Shown piece after piece: positions 16,144 to 19,098 of a DNA stretch of 19,098 nucleotides. A program made the position numbers and the translations under genes. Below the pieces are notes generated by a model. It saw nothing but the letters and a program-made list of their open reading frames with translations, was not told the origin of the DNA and searched no databases. The number at the start of each line of letters is the position of its first letter. The first letter of the stretch is position 1. Source of the stretch: Hormoscilla sp. (GTDB lineage Bacteria > Cyanobacteriota > Cyanobacteriia > Cyanobacteriales > Desertifilaceae); contig JBFRWI010000010.1 in assembly GCA_051439505.1 (NCBI GenBank), forward strand, positions 1-19,098, written 5' to 3'.

Positions 16144-17820
16144 CTATTCAACAATTTCTATTACATCCACTGGCGCTCCATCCACGAGACTATTTTTTCC
16201 CTCAGTCACGAGCAGTTCCCCTGGTTGAACGCCATCGATAATTTCCCGTTGAGAGATGCCGCGAAGGCCCGGTTTAATCTGGCGCTGTTCTACTATTTTC
16301 TCTTGTTTATTAACTACAAAAACATGAGGTTTTTGGTCCCTCCAGACAAAGGCACTGAAGGGAGCAGTTGTCGCATTCAACTTTTCTTCTACAGCGATCC
16401 AAGCAGAAACCCGAGCCCCATTTTTCAGGTTTTGGGTGCCTTGATTTACCCTGATTTTTACCTCGATCGCCCGACCCCCTGGAGTCACCGAAGGACTAAC
16501 AGAGAACACAATCCCTTCGGCACTAGCAATATCGATCAGATCTACGCTCGTCATCGCTTCAGGGCTGAGCAGCCGTTCATTGGCAACAATGAACGCCCGT
16601 TGACCAGTTCTGACCCTAGCGCCATCGAAAGCAGGCAATTCTACATTGACCTCAAACTCACTCGGGTCGATCGCGATTATCGGCACGGACTCTACTATCT
16701 GCTGATAGTCACCTGCGGCATTGATCCGCCGGGGCGTCCAATAGTCACCTTCTTTAATGTTGAGATGGGCGATAATGCCGTCAAAAGGGGCGATTATCTC
16801 CGTATCTTCCAGGATGACTTTGGTTTTGTTCAGGGAGGCGATCGCCGATTTTATGCCCGACTGGGCTGATTCTACCTGGGCCTGTTGGGATAGTACTGCC
16901 GCCTGAGCTGAAGATACAGCACTCGACGCTGCCCTGATGGCTTCTTCTGCCGATCGCACCTGGGCTCGTGCAGCTTCAACCGACGCTTGCCCTTCCTTGA
17001 ATTGGGTTTCTCTAGTGTCCCGATCTGTCTTCGATACGACGCCGTCTTGCCAAAGTTGCTGGTAGCGGTTAAGATCGGTCTGAGCAAAATCGCGATTCGC
17101 CTCAGCTCTTTTCAAGTCTGCAAGGGCCGACGCTAAAGAAGCTTCCGATCTTGATTTTTCAGCTTGGGCCTGACTCACTGCCGACTCCGACTGCCTTAAA
17201 GAAGCGATCGCCGTACTCAACCGCTGCTGGGCATCCTGCCGCTGGGCCTGGGCCACCGTTACATCTGAAGCCAGTTTGCGATCGTCTACCCGGGCTAACA
17301 ACTCTCCTTTCCTGACAAAATCCCCCTCTCGCAACTGGCGGCCATTTACCTTTTTCAAATATACGATCGTCCCTTCTACCTCAAAAGTGAGGTGCTTGCT
17401 GCGCACCGCCTCCACAAAACCGTCGCTGAATACCCAAGATTGAATGGGGGCTGTTTGCGCCCGCACTGCCCGCACTGGTAGTTTCGCCACCGTAGCCACC
17501 GCATTTGCTTTTATGTTCGCTCTGTGCTGACTGCTTTTCAGGCGGTGGGAGGCGATCGCCCCTATTCCTAACACTACTGCTACCAATGGCACCATCCACA
17601 GCAACCTACCCGTCACTGATAGTTTTTTGTTACCCTCATCATGAAGAGCAGGCGATCCGCCCTCCCTACCCAATTCACTGGTGTCTCTTTCCGCCTCTAC
17701 CACACTTACTTTTTCCTTGTCTGTATCCCTGTTAACATCTTCCTGTTTTTGGGCAAATATATCATTTTCATCTTTTTTTGCTGCTGCTTTTGATTGCTCC
17801 GTTACATCCAATTTTTCCAT
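16144..17820 (-). CDS. RND efflux periplasmic adaptor (membrane fusion protein, HlyD/AcrA-like)
   Basis: 558-aa ORF with a charged N-terminal tail and one TM segment (LLWMVPLVAVVLGIGAIA). Lipoyl half-motifs EGDFVRKGELLARVD and IIAPFDGII flank a long Ala/Gln coiled coil. C-terminal GVQPGELLVTEG. Confidence 0.93.
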   Translation of the reverse strand: MEKLDVTEQSKAAAKKDENDIFAQKQEDVNRDTDKEKVSVVEAERDTSELGREGGSPALHDEGNKKLSVTGRLLWMVPLVAVVLGIGAIASHRLKSSQHRANIKANAVATVAKLPVRAVRAQTAPIQSWVFSDGFVEAVRSKHLTFEVEGTIVYLKKVNGRQLREGDFVRKGELLARVDDRKLASDVTVAQAQRQDAQQRLSTAIASLRQSESAVSQAQAEKSRSEASLASALADLKRAEANRDFAQTDLNRYQQLWQDGVVSKTDRDTRETQFKEGQASVEAARAQVRSAEEAIRAASSAVSSAQAAVLSQQAQVESAQSGIKSAIASLNKTKVILEDTEIIAPFDGIIAHLNIKEGDYWTPRRINAAGDYQQIVESVPIIAIDPSEFEVNVELPAFDGARVRTGQRAFIVANERLLSPEAMTSVDLIDIASAEGIVFSVSPSVTPGGRAIEVKIRVNQGTQNLKNGARVSAWIAVEEKLNATTAPFSAFVWRDQKPHVFVVNKQEKIVEQRQIKPGLRGISQREIIDGVQPGELLVTEGKNSLVDGAPVDVIEIVE

Positions 17821-18225
17821 CTCCTTTTCCTCCCGAGCTATTTATTTTCCCCGCAACCATTTTTCCTCTATTCTATCTCGACCAAATCCGATATTACGAT
17901 CTTTTACTATTTCTTTATTATTCTTTTAACCTTTTTGCAAATCCTACGTTTTTTTGAGCCAAAGAGCTTAATTATCACGTTTGTAAATCCTATATTGGAA
18001 TAATTATTTAATCTAACTACCGAGGTTAAATATACTTTTTCTGCTCTCTAGCTAGCCTAAATCAATGCCGGACTCTGGGTTATTTCCGCTGAAACCCTTC
18101 TGTGGGCAAGAACTTCAGCAAACCCCCTCGCACAAATCATCGCCCCGGCAACGCCAAATCAACGTCAGGAAGAAGGATGAATTATTACGTAATAGGACTT
18201 GCATTAATTACATTGTCGTATTGGC

Positions 18226-18246
18226 GTAGGGTGGACACCGCCCACC
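18226..18246 (+). repeat. Degenerate GTAG-type REP hairpin (GTAGGGTGGGCA..GCCCACC family)
   Basis: gtag followed by ggtggacaccgcccacc, with a ggtgg/ccacc stem. Confidence 0.6.
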
Positions 18247-18411
18247 GAAATCGCTGCCGAAGATGTAAATATTTTTGTCCACTTGCTTAGCGTTGCCTGT
18301 TTTCTGGATGATAGTTGCGACGAATCAAATTGCTAATCGATCGTAGCATTATTCGCCAGATATAGATATTTATCACCAGCTCTGGTCACCGTTCGCTGTT
18401 CAATTATCATC

Positions 18412-18517
18412 TGGCCAATGGCCAGTGACCAGTTATCAGCGAGCAGGTACCAGGCAGAGTCACCAGTACCGTGACGCTGACAACTGACAAATGACAACTG
18501 ATAACTAACAACTGACA
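18412..18517. repeat. Degenerate heptamer (STRR-like) arrays in inverted arrangement, 3' of the response regulator gene
   Basis: TGACAAC-like units x5.7 at 18478-18517 and NNNNCAG-like units at 18412-18467. agttatcag (18431-18439) is the reverse complement of ctgataact (18498-18506). Confidence 0.75.
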
Positions 18518-18526
18518 TGGTAGTCG

Positions 18527-18928
18527 CTACCCGCTAGGTTTGGCGGCTTGGTATTTTTCTAGGGCTTGTTGAATCACAGCCTTAAATTCCTCAGGCTGCC
18601 AAGGCTTGGTGATGCATTTGAAAACATGGGATAAGTCAATCTCTTCTCCTTCATCACCCATTTGGTCCTGATCGTAGCCAGTGAGCAGAATACCAATTGT
18701 ATCAGGGAAGCGGTCTTTTGTCTTGCCCAAAAATTCCACCCCTGTCATTTCCGGCATACTCTGGTCGGAAATGATCACCGCCATTTCGCCTTCCGTATCC
18801 ATAATTTCCATCGCGCTGGCAGGACTTTCGGCTCTAAATACTTGAAATTCACGCCGAAATGTCCTGTACAGTAAGTCCAGGTTGTCACGCTCGTCATCTA
18901 CTACCAGTAGTCTAGGTTTTTTGGGCAT
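18527..18928 (-). CDS. Single-domain response regulator (REC only)
   Basis: 133-aa ORF with an LLVVDDE acidic pocket, IISDQSMP phosphoacceptor Asp, LLTGY Thr and ITKPW Lys. Confidence 0.93.
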   Translation of the reverse strand: MPKKPRLLVVDDERDNLDLLYRTFRREFQVFRAESPASAMEIMDTEGEMAVIISDQSMPEMTGVEFLGKTKDRFPDTIGILLTGYDQDQMGDEGEEIDLSHVFKCITKPWQPEEFKAVIQQALEKYQAAKPSG

Positions 18929-19098
18929 CTCTCAACTCACTCCGCCAATCTGTTCCCAGCATCACTGGACAATGTGCTGCGTTTAACCCTCACAAATCTA
19001 ACTTCTAGAATTGTGCAAGTATAACATCCGCATCTTTCGATACGGAAGGCCGCAGCCAGCAAAGCTCGCGGCCCTGTGAGCCAGCGAGCGCTTATAGT

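Larger units (their letters stand above)
3138..17559. repeat. Dispersed HIP1 octamers (GCGATCGC), a cyanobacterial genome signature
   Basis: Perfect copies start at 3138, 4164, 4320, 4732, 4828, 4931, 11958, 12879, 14313, 14490, 15413, 16838, 17204 and 17552. Many CGATCG near-matches also occur. Confidence 0.9.

Noticed and set aside
16225..16869. 214-aa plus-strand ORF
   Set aside because: It is fully antisense to the well-supported adaptor gene and has no recognisable motifs, so it is a shadow ORF.
17794..18518. Short ORFs of 61-69 aa in the intergenic region
   Set aside because: They are low-complexity or repeat-derived translations with no SD or protein-like features.
19064..19089. GC-rich hairpin gctcgcggc/gccagcgagc near the window end
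   Set aside because: The context is cut off by the window edge, so I cannot assign it as a terminator or ncRNA.

Overview
This is a cyanobacterial chromosomal window: it has 14 perfect HIP1 GCGATCGC octamers, heptameric STRR-type tandem repeats and GTAG-type REP hairpins. I call nine protein genes: a TM0106-family RecB/Cas4-like nuclease (-), a membrane hybrid histidine kinase with a NarX/McpN-like nitrate-box sensor (+), a C-DES-type cystine/cysteine lyase (+), a multidomain subtilase (+), a DUF4347/FG-GAP/RTX protein (-), an uncharacterised protein of about 172 aa (-), an RND permease and its adaptor (-), and a stand-alone response regulator (-). The most notable unannotated structure is that the last 47 bp of the C-DES gene (5741-5787) reappear in direct orientation at 11996-12042 (43/47 identical). 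The two copies bracket a 6.2-kb integrase-free islet carrying two convergent genes for large Ca-binding, probably extracellular, protease/adhesin-like proteins. The islet also holds a perfect 15-bp AT-rich inverted repeat at its left edge, a 97-bp MITE-like element with a 5-bp target duplication, REP hairpins at its right edge and an in-frame G11 tract. Other points of interest are the candidate nitrate-sensing phosphorelay, a non-canonical RND proton-relay motif, and a tandem repeat that encodes mini-ORFs and contains the RND start codon. I saw no rRNA, tRNA, CRISPR array, transposase or integrase. All family calls come from motif recognition by eye, not from database searches.
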